64,000 nucleotides of DNA from Nitrosopumilus sp. (GCA_965197525.1 OZ240211.1:1952001-2016000); one strand, 5' to 3'. Counted from the stretch's first letter, positions 39,227-49,990 are shown. The notes: a model not told the origin generated them from the sequence alone. Numbers and translations: made by a program.

Positions 39227-39495
39227 AGATGATCATTGACAATTCTCACAATATTTATTTTGATTGGTCTGATGACCTCCAAAAAATTAGCCGCAATTAG
39301 TTTTTTCAAATTGTCTAAAATGGTAGAACATTCTAGTTCTAAGAGTATATGGAAATCAAAACTTGGATGATGCTTTTTGTTCCAATTTCGTATCTCTGAG
39401 AACATTACGTAGCAGTAACTCAAAAAAAGTTCTCATCTAATACTCGAGTATCAAAATGATGATAATTTGACATGACGTATTTTTGATATCTTTAT

Positions 39496-39756
39496 TTGTG
39501 GGTACAGTTGACGTTATTTATGCACGATACAGAGCCTGACACATTTGTTTATCAGACATGGCCTGAAAAGTTCAGCGATATGCTCAAAGAGATAGGCATA
39601 GATTCTGAATCCAAAGAGATTGGTACTGATGATGTTGAAAAAGATGATTATTATAGTAGATATTTTGCTCAGACACCTAGAATGGTAACTAACAGGGGAT
39701 GCATTGATATTAAAAAATCAAATATTGATGTCATACAGATTATTCAGAAAGGATGA
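39496..39756 (+). CDS. Hypothetical protein
   Basis: 86-aa ORF, co-oriented with 39767. Confidence 0.7.
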   Translation: MWVQLTLFMHDTEPDTFVYQTWPEKFSDMLKEIGIDSESKEIGTDDVEKDDYYSRYFAQTPRMVTNRGCIDIKKSNIDVIQIIQKG

Positions 39757-39766
39757 TTGGTAAATC

Positions 39767-40144
39767 ATGCAAGATCTTAATCCAAGTCCATGGGGTGCAT
39801 TAGATAGGTTTCAAGCTCACTTTATTGTCAGAAAAGAGGTTGGACGCAGGTTTAGTGACTATCTTACAAAGACTCAACTGCATACTCAAGGACGCTTTGG
39901 CGCAAAGACCATAGTCAAGGTTAGATGGACTGGTTCTGGTGCCCTGACATCCAAACTCAACGAAGATGACAAACTAAACGAGTTACTTGCTAAACAATCA
40001 CTCAACGATGCCACAATCCATGTGGAGCCCACTCCGGGGGCTGTAAGAATTAGAGGTAAATGGGACAATCATATTGCCTTTGGAATTACACGAGAGCTGT
40101 ATGACATATATGATACCATTGCAGGACACATTAAATCTATCTAG
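39767..40144 (+). CDS. Hypothetical protein
   Basis: 125-aa ORF with ATG start. Confidence 0.75.
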   Translation: MQDLNPSPWGALDRFQAHFIVRKEVGRRFSDYLTKTQLHTQGRFGAKTIVKVRWTGSGALTSKLNEDDKLNELLAKQSLNDATIHVEPTPGAVRIRGKWDNHIAFGITRELYDIYDTIAGHIKSI

Positions 40145-40681
40145 CTAGGCTCTCCACCAATCCAGAGCAAGAAAATCTACCTTGTCTTTACCTTTTGGAA
40201 TCGCTAAAATGAACTGTTTTTTTACTGTGGTTGCAAGTCTGCCTGCAAGAACTATGCCAGTTGATGTAATCGTCTCATTTCTTGTATACACCTGAATCAG
40301 AAACGGTGCGTGATCAATGCCTGGACCTTTTTGATAAACTGCAAAGTCGCAGCCGAATTTTATTCCTGGATTAATTATGTATCCTTTGTCTCTGAAATTT
40401 TTGTAGACCATATACTTTTTCCCAAACTCATGAACCTCTTTTTTACACATTTCAGTTAGCTGCTCTGCTGTAATCTTTTGTTTTGATCTTGTGATTGTGA
40501 TCTTTTTGTTCTCTAAAAGGTACAATCCCTCAATAAGATCTAAAACTAGTGGCGCATCAATCTCTTCAATCTTTGGTTTTGGTATTCCTATTGGTTTTCC
40601 ATAATATCCTTGACTGAACAGTTTACGTGAGTCCTCGATATCCCACACTATAATTCTATTCTCAATTAATTCACACTTCAT
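40145..40681 (-). CDS. endA: tRNA-intron endonuclease
   Basis: YMVYKNFRDKGY...GIKFGCDFAVY..GPGIDHAPF...RLATTVKK. Confidence 0.95.
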   Translation of the reverse strand: MKCELIENRIIVWDIEDSRKLFSQGYYGKPIGIPKPKIEEIDAPLVLDLIEGLYLLENKKITITRSKQKITAEQLTEMCKKEVHEFGKKYMVYKNFRDKGYIINPGIKFGCDFAVYQKGPGIDHAPFLIQVYTRNETITSTGIVLAGRLATTVKKQFILAIPKGKDKVDFLALDWWRA

Positions 40682-40772
40682 TATTTTTGTGATGCGTCAT
40701 CTGTCTATATGAACACTCTCTTTATCCATGTATCTGTAAATTAAAAATAAATTAAAGTAGAATGATATCGTA

Positions 40773-41438
40773 CTATAGGCTTAGTGCAAGCAGTATAAAG
40801 GAATCAGATACTCTTTGACACTTGTCTGCCATCTCTTCTATTCCTTCTATCACGTCTTTTATCAAAAGCAACTCTTTGGTGTTAGTTACTTCAGTTAAAA
40901 GTTTCAACGTGGCTTGCCTATATTTGATATCTATCTCTCTCTCAATTGTCTGCGTCTCTTGAGCTAACTCTATTGCATTTGCAGTATTTGTGTTAAGACT
41001 TCGAATGATCTCATTTAGTTTATAGACCTCGTCTACAACTAGTTCTATTAGTTTTGTAATATCTTTATCTAGATTTGCGCTCTTTAGTGTGGCTATCTTT
41101 ACATTTGAGAGTTTGAATGAAATGCCGGTAATATATCCTGCAATCTCATCCATAGTATACGCAGTGTTCAGAAGATTCTCTCTGTTCATTATCAATCCGC
41201 CTACATCTGCAACTTCACGTGTAATCTTTCTTCTCAGGTTCTCAACCTCTTCTTCTATAGTTGAGATCTGCTCTATCGTGCTTTTTATTCCTGCTTTGTC
41301 CCTCTTCATCATTAACTCAGGCAGGGTCGCTAGCTCTCTTGATGCATTTAAAATTCGATTGATTTCGTCTTGTAACACTGCTATAGCTTTTCTTTTTGCT
41401 TGAACTTCAAGCTCTCCACTATACATAACAGAAACCAA
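40773..41438 (-). CDS. DUF47/PhoU-like protein
   Basis: Two helical-bundle repeats ending in IEEMADKC. Confidence 0.85.
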   Translation of the reverse strand: MVSVMYSGELEVQAKRKAIAVLQDEINRILNASRELATLPELMMKRDKAGIKSTIEQISTIEEEVENLRRKITREVADVGGLIMNRENLLNTAYTMDEIAGYITGISFKLSNVKIATLKSANLDKDITKLIELVVDEVYKLNEIIRSLNTNTANAIELAQETQTIEREIDIKYRQATLKLLTEVTNTKELLLIKDVIEGIEEMADKCQRVSDSFILLALSL

Positions 41439-41485
41439 AAAACTGTTTGGTAATTTAAATGATCTATGAATACATTTTGGTCAAT

Positions 41486-43252
41486 CTATATTAGATTTTT
41501 CTCATGCGCAATTTTTTTCTGCCCCTTGTATAGTGCTATTACCTCCTCATTGGTGGATGCATCCTCTGCAGCCTTTTCATCTCTTATCTTTCCTGTAAAC
41601 TTTGGAAATCTTAATGCCAGTCCGGCATCTTTTCTTATCGTATCCCTTGCTGCCTTGTGAATGGGGCTGAGTGTAATCTCTGACGCTACTACCTCTATTA
41701 CTAGTTCTGGCTCAAACCAGACGTCTGCTTCCATCTCGCTATTGATACGAGGGTTTTTCTTTATGGTCACTTTGGAGTGTAGTATCTGATATAGTTGGTC
41801 TAGTGACTCATCCGTAAATCCGGTTCCAACTTTGCAGATACTTGCAAACGTATCACTGTCCTGATCGTATGTTCCTAGCAGTAGTGTTCCATAGTTTCCT
41901 GTTCTTCTGCCCTTACCGAAGAATCCTCCAACTACAACAAGGTCCAAACTATCTCCTAACTCGTTTCTGTATTCTCGCTTTAGTTTCAGCCAGTGACTAC
42001 CTCTTGAACCTGCCTGATATGGCTTGTCTAGCATCTTTAACATCAATCCTTCGCATCCTGAGTTGATGCTATTTTCCATAAACTCTTCGATACCGTCTTC
42101 ATTGTCTAGTATGCTCATAGGAACACATTTTGCAAAACTGTCTTCTTTTATGCATTTCTCTAACAGATCTCTTCTATCCTTGTAATCTGATTCTAGGCAA
42201 CTCTTTCCATTACAGTATAACACGTCAAAGAAATTAACTGTAATTGGGTATTCTGTAACTGCTTTTTCTATCTTATATTTTCTTCTTCTATGCATTAATT
42301 CCTGAAACGGTAAAAACTCTCCGGTGTTCTCGTTTATTGCCACTGCTTCTGCCTCTAAAATTATGTCATCTGCATTGATGTGTTTTGGAATCTTCTCTAT
42401 AATGTCCGGATAGTAACTTGAAATATTCTCCAAACTTCTTGAAAACAATACCACGTCGTCTCCCTTTATGTGGAGTTGAACCCTCTCACCATCTAGTTTG
42501 TACTCTGCTGCAAATCTGTCTCCCATCCTTTCAATTATGTCTTTTTCAGTTTTTGCCCTGTCTGCGAGCATTGGTCTGATAGGATTGAACAAAATAATCT
42601 TAAATTCTCTTACCTCTTGCAGACCTTTGGTGGCTACAATCTCTGCAACTTTTCCTAGATCACTTGATACGTTGTATGCATATTGTAACATGCTGCGATT
42701 TGATTTCTCTTTTGTGAATGCTATTGCCAATGCATCCATTACGGTATTTTCTGCAATTCCCAATCTTAGGGTTCCTAACAGTATCTTCAAGACATAACTT
42801 GCTTCTAATGGGGTTGCATCGTTTAACAAACTTGATATGTATTTCATTTTCATGTCTTGTGAACGCATCCCTTCTAATTTTGCAATCTTAAACAACGTAT
42901 CGTATACTCTCTCAATAGTAATCTTTTCAACTAGGAATGTTGTCTGTGCCTTTTGTTCTAGAATCACTGATGCTGCATGTCCTAGGTCCCCACTCTTTTT
43001 GTATTCTTCCTCTATGCTTTTTACCGGGATTCCTGATGATTTAGAGATTGATCTGATCGCTAGTTTCTCTGCTACTCCTAACTCAATACCTTCAAAATCA
43101 GGTCGCAGTTTTCCTTGTATGAGGTATACAATTTTAGCAATTATTTGATGGGGTGTCTTTTCAAACAGTTCTACTAAAAATTGCGTCAGCTCTAGCCTCT
43201 TTCTTGTAGACTCCATCTTGTAAAAAGAATCAGCTAGAATAGAGAATTCCAT
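41486..43252 (-). CDS. lig: ATP-dependent DNA ligase
   Basis: EYKLDGER, EGLMLK, WLKLKREY, DLVVVGG, LRFPKF. Confidence 0.98.
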   Translation of the reverse strand: MEFSILADSFYKMESTRKRLELTQFLVELFEKTPHQIIAKIVYLIQGKLRPDFEGIELGVAEKLAIRSISKSSGIPVKSIEEEYKKSGDLGHAASVILEQKAQTTFLVEKITIERVYDTLFKIAKLEGMRSQDMKMKYISSLLNDATPLEASYVLKILLGTLRLGIAENTVMDALAIAFTKEKSNRSMLQYAYNVSSDLGKVAEIVATKGLQEVREFKIILFNPIRPMLADRAKTEKDIIERMGDRFAAEYKLDGERVQLHIKGDDVVLFSRSLENISSYYPDIIEKIPKHINADDIILEAEAVAINENTGEFLPFQELMHRRRKYKIEKAVTEYPITVNFFDVLYCNGKSCLESDYKDRRDLLEKCIKEDSFAKCVPMSILDNEDGIEEFMENSINSGCEGLMLKMLDKPYQAGSRGSHWLKLKREYRNELGDSLDLVVVGGFFGKGRRTGNYGTLLLGTYDQDSDTFASICKVGTGFTDESLDQLYQILHSKVTIKKNPRINSEMEADVWFEPELVIEVVASEITLSPIHKAARDTIRKDAGLALRFPKFTGKIRDEKAAEDASTNEEVIALYKGQKKIAHEKNLI

Positions 43253-43384
43253 TAGTTATTCTTAGGTTGTATTGGCTATGTTAACTTGACGATATTTTTT
43301 TCTTTTTAAAATAATATTGCATATGGAAGAGATATTGCGTGCACAACGTAGTATGATGTTTTGTATGTTTTGCGCTTTTGTTAA

Positions 43385-43495
43385 TATGGTTATGACGATG
43401 ACTGTGACGGTGACAATGACGGTGACAATAGCAATTATTACTACTCTTATGGTTATGACGATGATTATGATGATGATGATGATTATGATAATGCC
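43385..43495. repeat. Low-complexity (GAT/GAC)-type trinucleotide region
   Basis: Runs of GAT/GAC/GAY-like triplets; TATGGTTATGACGATGA occurs twice. Confidence 0.75.
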
Positions 43496-43716
43496 AACAA
43501 TATGCTAATTATCTGATAACAATCATGTATTAGGTATTTATTAAGAATATCTCCTTACGCTGTTGAATCCTAGGGAGATCATTATTGTACTGTTATCCCA
43601 CTGCAATTTTTTGATGTAAAAACAATCTTAAGAATCCGATTATGTAATATATAACTGGAATAACTCGTTATTCTTTATCTTTGTTTCATTCATTATTAAT
43701 TACAAATTATCAATCT

Positions 43717-45158
43717 ATGTAAAAACCAACTTGTGACACTCCAAAACACCTATGTTAAAACATCCGGGCACAGCCACGCGTGGTTTCCATTTGGCCTTCG
43801 ATCCACGCCTACAATACACGTGTATATTTTTAAAGCTATCGCTAGGAACAAAACTGCAACGGATGTGTGACCGGCTGGCTATTCTGTGCCCTGCATAGAC
43901 TGTCGAACACTGTTCATTCTCTTCATCTTTCTGCCATATCTTTGTACATTGCGTGACTTGTACGGTTCCCTGAAGGTCAGTATGGCCCAAATGATTCGTA
44001 TCATCTTGTTTGCCACATGTGTTACTGTAATCACATGTTTGCCGCCATGTCTTTTTTTGCATCTCTCATAGAACTCCTTTAACTTGTCATCGTGTCTTGC
44101 TGCCACGTTTGCTGCTTGAATAAGTATCCAGTTTATTCTTCCGTTTGCTGCCTTTTTCATGCGGCCATGATGTGTTACATCACCTGATTGGTAGACGGTG
44201 GGACACATGCCTGCCCATGAGACCAAGTGTTCGGGGGTTTTGAATCTTGATATGTCCCCAATCTCTGATACGACAAGCATTGATGCAAATACATCCAGTC
44301 CTGTCATGCTCATAAGCAGTCTTGCATCATCGTTTACTGCGGCCTGTTTGTCTATCTCTGTTTCGACATTTGTTATCTCTTCTGTGACATGTGCAATTCT
44401 TTTGGCACAGTTCTTCAGTATCAGGTTGTCGTTTGGTCTTTTCAGTTCTGTATGTGAGAGCAGTCCGATGGCTTTTTTGCTGTACATGTTTGAGACGTTC
44501 AGTCTTACATCGTACTTGTCAAGCAGACCGTGTGTATAGTTGATAAGTGCAGTCCTTGCCTGGACCATGCTTATTCTGTACCTGAGCAGCTCTCTGGCAT
44601 CACGCAACGCAGATGGCGCCACATAACACTGGGGAATCATCTCTACACGAAGTATGTTGGCAATCTTTCGTGCATCGATGGGATCCGTCTTGACGTCGGT
44701 ATCTGATATTATCTTCATCTTGTAGGTGTTGGCAAGCTGGATTGGTATGTCGTGTTCCTCAAATGCCTCAAATGTCTTGAGCCACATGTTTCCTGTAGTC
44801 TCGCATGCAGCACGGCACTGCCCTCTTCTCCTGCCGTACTCTCTTTTCATCCTGCCTGCAAACTCTTTTGCGTCTTCTAGCGTATTGTCATATGTAGTTT
44901 CCTCTAGTATTCTTCCCTTGTCATCCATGACACATACTACGCATTTTCTCTTGCTAATGTCTATTCCAATATTTCTCATCCTTTTTATCACCTCCTTGCG
45001 GATTGTTTTTGATGGATCGGAGGCTGCAATCACCTATCAGTGCGCGAGGCACAGGAACGCAGCAGCTCGGATTGCCCCATTCAAACTAAAGTGCGCGAAG
45101 CACATGTTTCACAAGGGGTCGATCCATCATCTAGACTACGACGAGGATGTTTTTACAT
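43717..45158 (-). mobile_element. IS110-family element, probably IS1111-like, bounded by 10-bp inverted repeats
   Basis: ATGTAAAAAC at 43717-43726 and GTTTTTACAT at 45149-45158 flank the transposase and two 160-180-nt non-coding ends. Confidence 0.7.
43879..45033 (-). CDS. IS110-family DEDD recombinase/transposase (probable start 44979)
   Basis: IGIDISK, ACETTG, KTDPIDARKIA; C-terminal WAGMCPTVYQSG; AGGAGTGA RBS before 44979. Confidence 0.95.
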   Translation of the reverse strand: MIAASDPSKTIRKEVIKRMRNIGIDISKRKCVVCVMDDKGRILEETTYDNTLEDAKEFAGRMKREYGRRRGQCRAACETTGNMWLKTFEAFEEHDIPIQLANTYKMKIISDTDVKTDPIDARKIANILRVEMIPQCYVAPSALRDARELLRYRISMVQARTALINYTHGLLDKYDVRLNVSNMYSKKAIGLLSHTELKRPNDNLILKNCAKRIAHVTEEITNVETEIDKQAAVNDDARLLMSMTGLDVFASMLVVSEIGDISRFKTPEHLVSWAGMCPTVYQSGDVTHHGRMKKAANGRINWILIQAANVAARHDDKLKEFYERCKKRHGGKHVITVTHVANKMIRIIWAILTFREPYKSRNVQRYGRKMKRMNSVRQSMQGTE

Positions 45159-45451
45159 GCATTCAAACTACCGTTGCTTAAACTATGCCAAAGTATTTTT
45201 TCAAAAACTTTCTATTAGAAACTAATTTGTTATATTAAACAGGTTTGAGACGATCAATTCGGCAAATTCAATCAAACCCTTACATCCAAACTACATTATG
45301 TATTTTTCCCCTATTATACATACAAGTCACACTTTTTAATTAAAATATTTATCTTCCAATTCCTTTACCGGTTTATCTTGTCTGAGCATCTTTAAGATAT
45401 GAACATGTGTATTATTTAACACATCGTATCTTGACTGGATGTAAATTTACA

Positions 45452-45862
45452 TCAAATGTATCTAAAAATTGTTGGTTTATCTGCCATCGGAAGCTCAGAT
45501 ACCAATGCAAAGTTGTACAACGGGTATTGTTTTTTGTACTGTTTCATAAAACTCCATGCCACATCATGTGTTTTGAACTTTATTCTTATTCCATCGATAT
45601 GACTCTTCTTTCCGAACACGTCAAATGGGACAACCAAGTATTCTTTTGGGCGATGATGTGGTTTTGCTTTAATTAGCCACGTTAGTGCAAATATAAACAC
45701 TGCTCCTAAAATAACGTATTCACCTGCAATTTTGAAAAATGTCATGACTACGCTTGGAATTGTTTGTCCAAACAACACCGCTACAAAATTTGAAAACGAG
45801 ATGACTGCTAATGCCGTAAAAATATACGTCTTCCAATCAAAGACCTTTTCAAATGTCTTCAT
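45452..45862 (-). CDS. Hypothetical membrane protein
   Basis: Two N-terminal TM helices and a soluble C-terminal domain. Confidence 0.8.
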   Translation of the reverse strand: MKTFEKVFDWKTYIFTALAVISFSNFVAVLFGQTIPSVVMTFFKIAGEYVILGAVFIFALTWLIKAKPHHRPKEYLVVPFDVFGKKSHIDGIRIKFKTHDVAWSFMKQYKKQYPLYNFALVSELPMADKPTIFRYI

Positions 45863-45926
45863 CCTATCAACAGATTATACGCTTTTGATTTAACTATTTC
45901 CTACAATTTGCCTGAAATCTTGTCTA

Positions 45927-47069
45927 TTAGTCTGGATCTTCGTAGTTTTCTCTCTTTTCATTACTAGTATTATTGCTACTATCTTCCATCGACTTCATTT
46001 TGCTTTCAAGAATGTTCATTCTGGCTCTGTATCCTTCGGCGTACTCTAACTCTGATGGCACAAGTGTTGCAGGATGGATAAATCCTTGACTTCTCATTGC
46101 CATTGCCTTTTTTGTCGCAATCTCTCTGATGTAATCCCAGTCAGGTGTTGAGAATCCGTCAAATGGGCCGGTCAACTTTCCGTTGTGCATGCTAAACACT
46201 AGTGCTTCCACAATCGGAATACAGAAATTAATAGTGGCAGCAGAGTTTAGCTTTACAGGCATCAATGGCATGTTGTGACTACCTCTTGTATTCCCTGCAA
46301 CATAGTGGGGATTGTTAAACACACTGCCTACCTCTTCTGTTGCCGGAAAGTTTTTTTGTGTTCTAACCATGCAAATAGGATCATCTTTTCCAACATATGT
46401 TCCTGCAATGTTGTGTAACCTGTCAGTTGATGCATCTAGAATTGGTTCTCCATCTTGGGTGTATACAGAGTCCACAACATATCTGCCAGGGTACATTAGT
46501 GCCGCCTCTATCGTTGGCTTGTCTTTCCACAACTCAAGTTCAGCAATCTGGGCCTTTTCAACGTCCATTATGTGCATTTTAACACCTGCTGCAAGACTCT
46601 TGTTTACAATTAACCCTGTATTGCTTAATGCATCAACGAACATTCTGTAAATTGGATAGTTGAACGCTCCAGGTTCTGTCTTGTCTGCTGCAAATACTGT
46701 AAATGCCTCGTTGGGCCTCTCCTCAAACTCCATTTCCGCAACTCCTGGCCCCATCCCTTTTACATTACCTGAAAATGAATCTTTTAGCAAGTCTTGTCCT
46801 GCACCGTACAGCCCTTCCTCTTTTGCAACTCTAGTTCCTGCCATAAAGGCATCCCATGCAAGCTTGTGAATCTGTTGATTGTCTACTCCATGTGTGTGTG
46901 ACATTACAATATGAGTATCGTCTCCACAATATCCAATATAGTGGTCAATTAGCAAATCCGCTGAGTTTTCGATGGTATCTCTAATTGCTTTTATTAGTCC
47001 ATCGCTTGGTTTTGTATGTCCTCCGACTCCGCCTACATCGGCCTTGATAACTGAAACTGTAACCTTCAT
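45927..47069 (-). CDS. fbp: Bifunctional fructose-1,6-bisphosphate aldolase/phosphatase
   Basis: SVIKADVGG..GH, GDD, YGAGQDLL, DKTEPGAFN, GKDDP. Confidence 0.97.
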   Translation of the reverse strand: MKVTVSVIKADVGGVGGHTKPSDGLIKAIRDTIENSADLLIDHYIGYCGDDTHIVMSHTHGVDNQQIHKLAWDAFMAGTRVAKEEGLYGAGQDLLKDSFSGNVKGMGPGVAEMEFEERPNEAFTVFAADKTEPGAFNYPIYRMFVDALSNTGLIVNKSLAAGVKMHIMDVEKAQIAELELWKDKPTIEAALMYPGRYVVDSVYTQDGEPILDASTDRLHNIAGTYVGKDDPICMVRTQKNFPATEEVGSVFNNPHYVAGNTRGSHNMPLMPVKLNSAATINFCIPIVEALVFSMHNGKLTGPFDGFSTPDWDYIREIATKKAMAMRSQGFIHPATLVPSELEYAEGYRARMNILESKMKSMEDSSNNTSNEKRENYEDPD

Positions 47070-47223
47070 GAATCCTATCTTTTTCTCTTTGATTTATGTG
47101 CTTTTAGATCCTGCTAATTTGGCTGTCTTATCTAACTTTTTTACAGGAATGTCCTGTTATGGCATCGTAATCTGACTTTACAGATTTGTTGATTATTCAG
47201 ATATGTAATTAGTTGAAGATTTC

Positions 47224-48579
47224 TTGAATTTTAATCAAAAATTCACAACAGTAATAAATGCCCTCAATGTGGCTTTTGATATGGCAGATAAACCACATTT
47301 GAACCTGATTGTAACAGGTCATATAGATAATGGAAAATCAACAACTATGGGACATTTCTTGATGGATCTTGGAGTTGTAGATGAGAGAACAATTGCAGCT
47401 CATGGGGCTGAATCCGAGAAGACCGGAAAAGGTGACACCTTCAAGTATGCATGGGTTATGGATAATATCAAAGATGAAAGAGAAAGAGGTATCACAATAG
47501 ATTTAGCTTTTCAAAAATTTGAGTCTAGCAAGTACTTTTTCACACTGATTGATGCACCAGGTCATAGAGACTTTATCAAAAACATGATTACAGGTGCTTC
47601 AGAGGCTGACGCAGCTGTTCTGGTCTTGTCAGCTAAAGAAGGTGAGACTGATACTGCAATTGCAGCAGGCGGTCAGGCAAGAGAGCACGCATTTTTGTTG
47701 AAGACTCTAGGCGTAAACCAGATTATTGTTGCAATCAACAAGATGGATGCAGTAGATTACAAGGAAGACGCTTTTAATGACGCCAAAGCCAAAGGTGAAA
47801 AACTAGTACGTTCTGTAGGCTATAAAGTAGATCAAGTACCATTCATTCCACTCTCTGGGTGGAAGGGTGATAACTTGGTTAAGAGATCTGATAATATGTC
47901 TTGGTACAAGGGCAAGACACTGTTAGAAACATTTGATGATTTCAAAATCACTGAAAAACCAATTGGCAAGCCATTACGTGTTCCAGTTCAAGATGTTTAC
48001 ACCATTACAGGCGTTGGCACTGTGCCAGTAGGTAGAGTGGAGACTGGAGTGATGAAGACTGGTGACAAGATTGTCGTAATGCCTTCAGGCTCTCCAGGAG
48101 AGATAAAATCTATTGAAACTCACCACACTGAGATGCCATCTGCTGAAGCAGGTGATAACATTGGTTTTAATCTGCGTGGTGTTGAAAAGAAAGATATCAA
48201 GCGAGGTGATGTGTTAGGTACTCCGGACTCACCACCAAGTGTTGCCAAAGAGTTCAAAGCACAAATTATTGTTATTCACCATCCAACTGCAATTGCTCCA
48301 GGATACACTCCTGTGATGCATGCACACACTACCCAAGTTGCAGCAACTGTTACAGAGTTTCTCCAAAAGATTAATCCTGCATCAGGCGCAGTTGAAGAAG
48401 AGAACCCCAAATTCCTCAAAGTTGGTGATTCTGCAATTGTCAAGATAAGACCGGTAAGGCCAACTTGTATTGAAACTTTCCAAGATTTCCCAGAAATGGG
48501 TAGGTTTGCCCTGCGAGATATGGGCGCAACTATTGCAGCAGGTATTGTCAAGGAAATTACTGAAGAGTACAAACCATAG
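47224..48579 (+). CDS. tuf: Translation elongation factor EF-1alpha (probable start 47281)
   Basis: GHIDNGKST, ERERGITID, DAPGHRDF, NKMD, GRFALRD. Confidence 0.98.
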   Translation: MNFNQKFTTVINALNVAFDMADKPHLNLIVTGHIDNGKSTTMGHFLMDLGVVDERTIAAHGAESEKTGKGDTFKYAWVMDNIKDERERGITIDLAFQKFESSKYFFTLIDAPGHRDFIKNMITGASEADAAVLVLSAKEGETDTAIAAGGQAREHAFLLKTLGVNQIIVAINKMDAVDYKEDAFNDAKAKGEKLVRSVGYKVDQVPFIPLSGWKGDNLVKRSDNMSWYKGKTLLETFDDFKITEKPIGKPLRVPVQDVYTITGVGTVPVGRVETGVMKTGDKIVVMPSGSPGEIKSIETHHTEMPSAEAGDNIGFNLRGVEKKDIKRGDVLGTPDSPPSVAKEFKAQIIVIHHPTAIAPGYTPVMHAHTTQVAATVTEFLQKINPASGAVEEENPKFLKVGDSAIVKIRPVRPTCIETFQDFPEMGRFALRDMGATIAAGIVKEITEEYKP

Positions 48580-48588
48580 GCGGATTTT

Positions 48589-48897
48589 ATGACCCAAACT
48601 GCCCGTGTTAAACTCACTTCAACTAGTCTACCAAAATTAGATGGCGTATGTGGTGAGATAATGGGTATTGGTAAAAAAACAGGTGTAAAGGTAAAGGGTC
48701 CTACTCCATTACCTGTAAAACGACTACACGTTGCCACTAGAAAATCACCTTGTGGCAGTGGTACTGAGACATACGAAAAATGGGAGATGAAGATGCATAG
48801 AAGAATCATCAACATTAACGCTGATGACAAGGCAATAAGGCAGCTTATGAGATTGAAGATCCCTGACGATGTCTATATTGAACTATCCCTGACTTGA
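48589..48897 (+). CDS. rpsJ: 30S ribosomal protein S10
   Basis: VKGPTPLP...RKSPCGSG..TYEKWEMKMHRR. Confidence 0.97.
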   Translation: MTQTARVKLTSTSLPKLDGVCGEIMGIGKKTGVKVKGPTPLPVKRLHVATRKSPCGSGTETYEKWEMKMHRRIININADDKAIRQLMRLKIPDDVYIELSLT

Positions 48898-48929
48898 TTT
48901 AATTTGGTATCCCTTAAATTACAGATGTT

Positions 48930-49166
48930 TTGATGATAAATATGGTTGATGAAGATACTAGTAGCACACAAGGACAAGACGATTATGATATTACTGATGC
49001 AGAACCTGTTGTTGAGGAATTTGATGTAAATTATTCTTGTTTGCGATGTGGAACAGTCGTCTCTAATACTGAACTATCCAGATTACCTGAGATCAAATGT
49101 ATTTGTGGGTTTCGTGTATTTACAAAGGTCAGACCTCCCGTAGTTAAGACAGTAAAAGCAATCTAG
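48930..49166 (+). CDS. rpoP: RNA polymerase subunit Rpo12 (P)
   Basis: YSCLRCG...IKCICGFRVFTKVRP Zn ribbon. Confidence 0.88.
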   Translation: MMINMVDEDTSSTQGQDDYDITDAEPVVEEFDVNYSCLRCGTVVSNTELSRLPEIKCICGFRVFTKVRPPVVKTVKAI

Positions 49167-49184
49167 ATAATCTATGTATATACG

Positions 49185-49385
49185 TTATCTGTATTTTTCG
49201 TAACTGTGTTCTCTTTGTAGATGCGTTCTCATATCCTCCATGTTTGAAAAATACCTTTCACACTCTTTACAGTCGTACTGTAAATCCTTTCCATGAACAA
49301 TCTGTTTGTGATTCATGAGCTGTTCCTCTTTGGAAAACTTTCTGTTGCATATATCGCATTTAATTTTTTTAAAAAATGGTGTCAT
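49185..49385 (-). CDS. Two-finger C2H2 zinc-finger protein
   Basis: CDIC...HKQIVH and CKEC...HLQREH. Confidence 0.88.
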   Translation of the reverse strand: MTPFFKKIKCDICNRKFSKEEQLMNHKQIVHGKDLQYDCKECERYFSNMEDMRTHLQREHSYEKYR

Positions 49386-49386
49386 G

Positions 49387-49797
49387 CTATCCTAACTCTG
49401 CTTTCTTTTCGTCCCAACACTTTCTGCATAGTTGGCCTTCTATCTTCCAGCCTCCTTTTGGGTTGTATCTTATCAGTTTCATCTTTGTTCCACACAATGA
49501 GCAAAAGTTTTTCTTTGTGGTGTGATCTTCTTCTTTTTTCTCAAAACACTTCTTGCACAACAAGCCTTCCATATCCCACTGCCATCTGGGTTCCCACAAA
49601 TCTGTGATCTTTTGCGTCGTACCGCATACGACGCATGGTTGTCGTACCTTTCCTTCATAGTACTCTTTTGATTTTTCAAAATGACAATCGCCGCATAATG
49701 CCCCCTTTATGTTCCACTCTCTCTTTGGTTTGTGTTTGTGCTTTAACTCTTTTTTGCAGATGGCACAATATGCTAGTTTTTTACTAAATAATCCCAT
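49387..49797 (-). CDS. Cys-rich zinc-binding repeat protein
   Basis: Three repeats of CxxC...W..(E/K)G.LCxxC. Confidence 0.85.
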   Translation of the reverse strand: MGLFSKKLAYCAICKKELKHKHKPKREWNIKGALCGDCHFEKSKEYYEGKVRQPCVVCGTTQKITDLWEPRWQWDMEGLLCKKCFEKKEEDHTTKKNFCSLCGTKMKLIRYNPKGGWKIEGQLCRKCWDEKKAELG

Positions 49798-49855
49798 TAC
49801 ACTGTCTAATACGATACAATCTCTACCTGTAAATAAAATTAATGATGGTGAAGAT

Positions 49856-49990
49856 TTAAGAGTTTAAGATCTTCTCGAGTGCCTGACTTGCATTAAGCAT
49901 GCCGTTTCTTTGGGCATATGACTCGATCATCTCGTACTGTTTCTGAGTAAAGCAAACTGGCATTGAGCGCTTTTCCATATGTTCTGTCAT
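49856..49990 (-). CDS. 44-aa ribbon-helix-helix-like microprotein (absent from the ORF track)
   Basis: MTEHMEKRSMPVCFTQKQYEMIESYAQRNGMLNASQALEKILNS: strand-helix-helix pattern. Confidence 0.65.
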   Translation of the reverse strand: MTEHMEKRSMPVCFTQKQYEMIESYAQRNGMLNASQALEKILNS

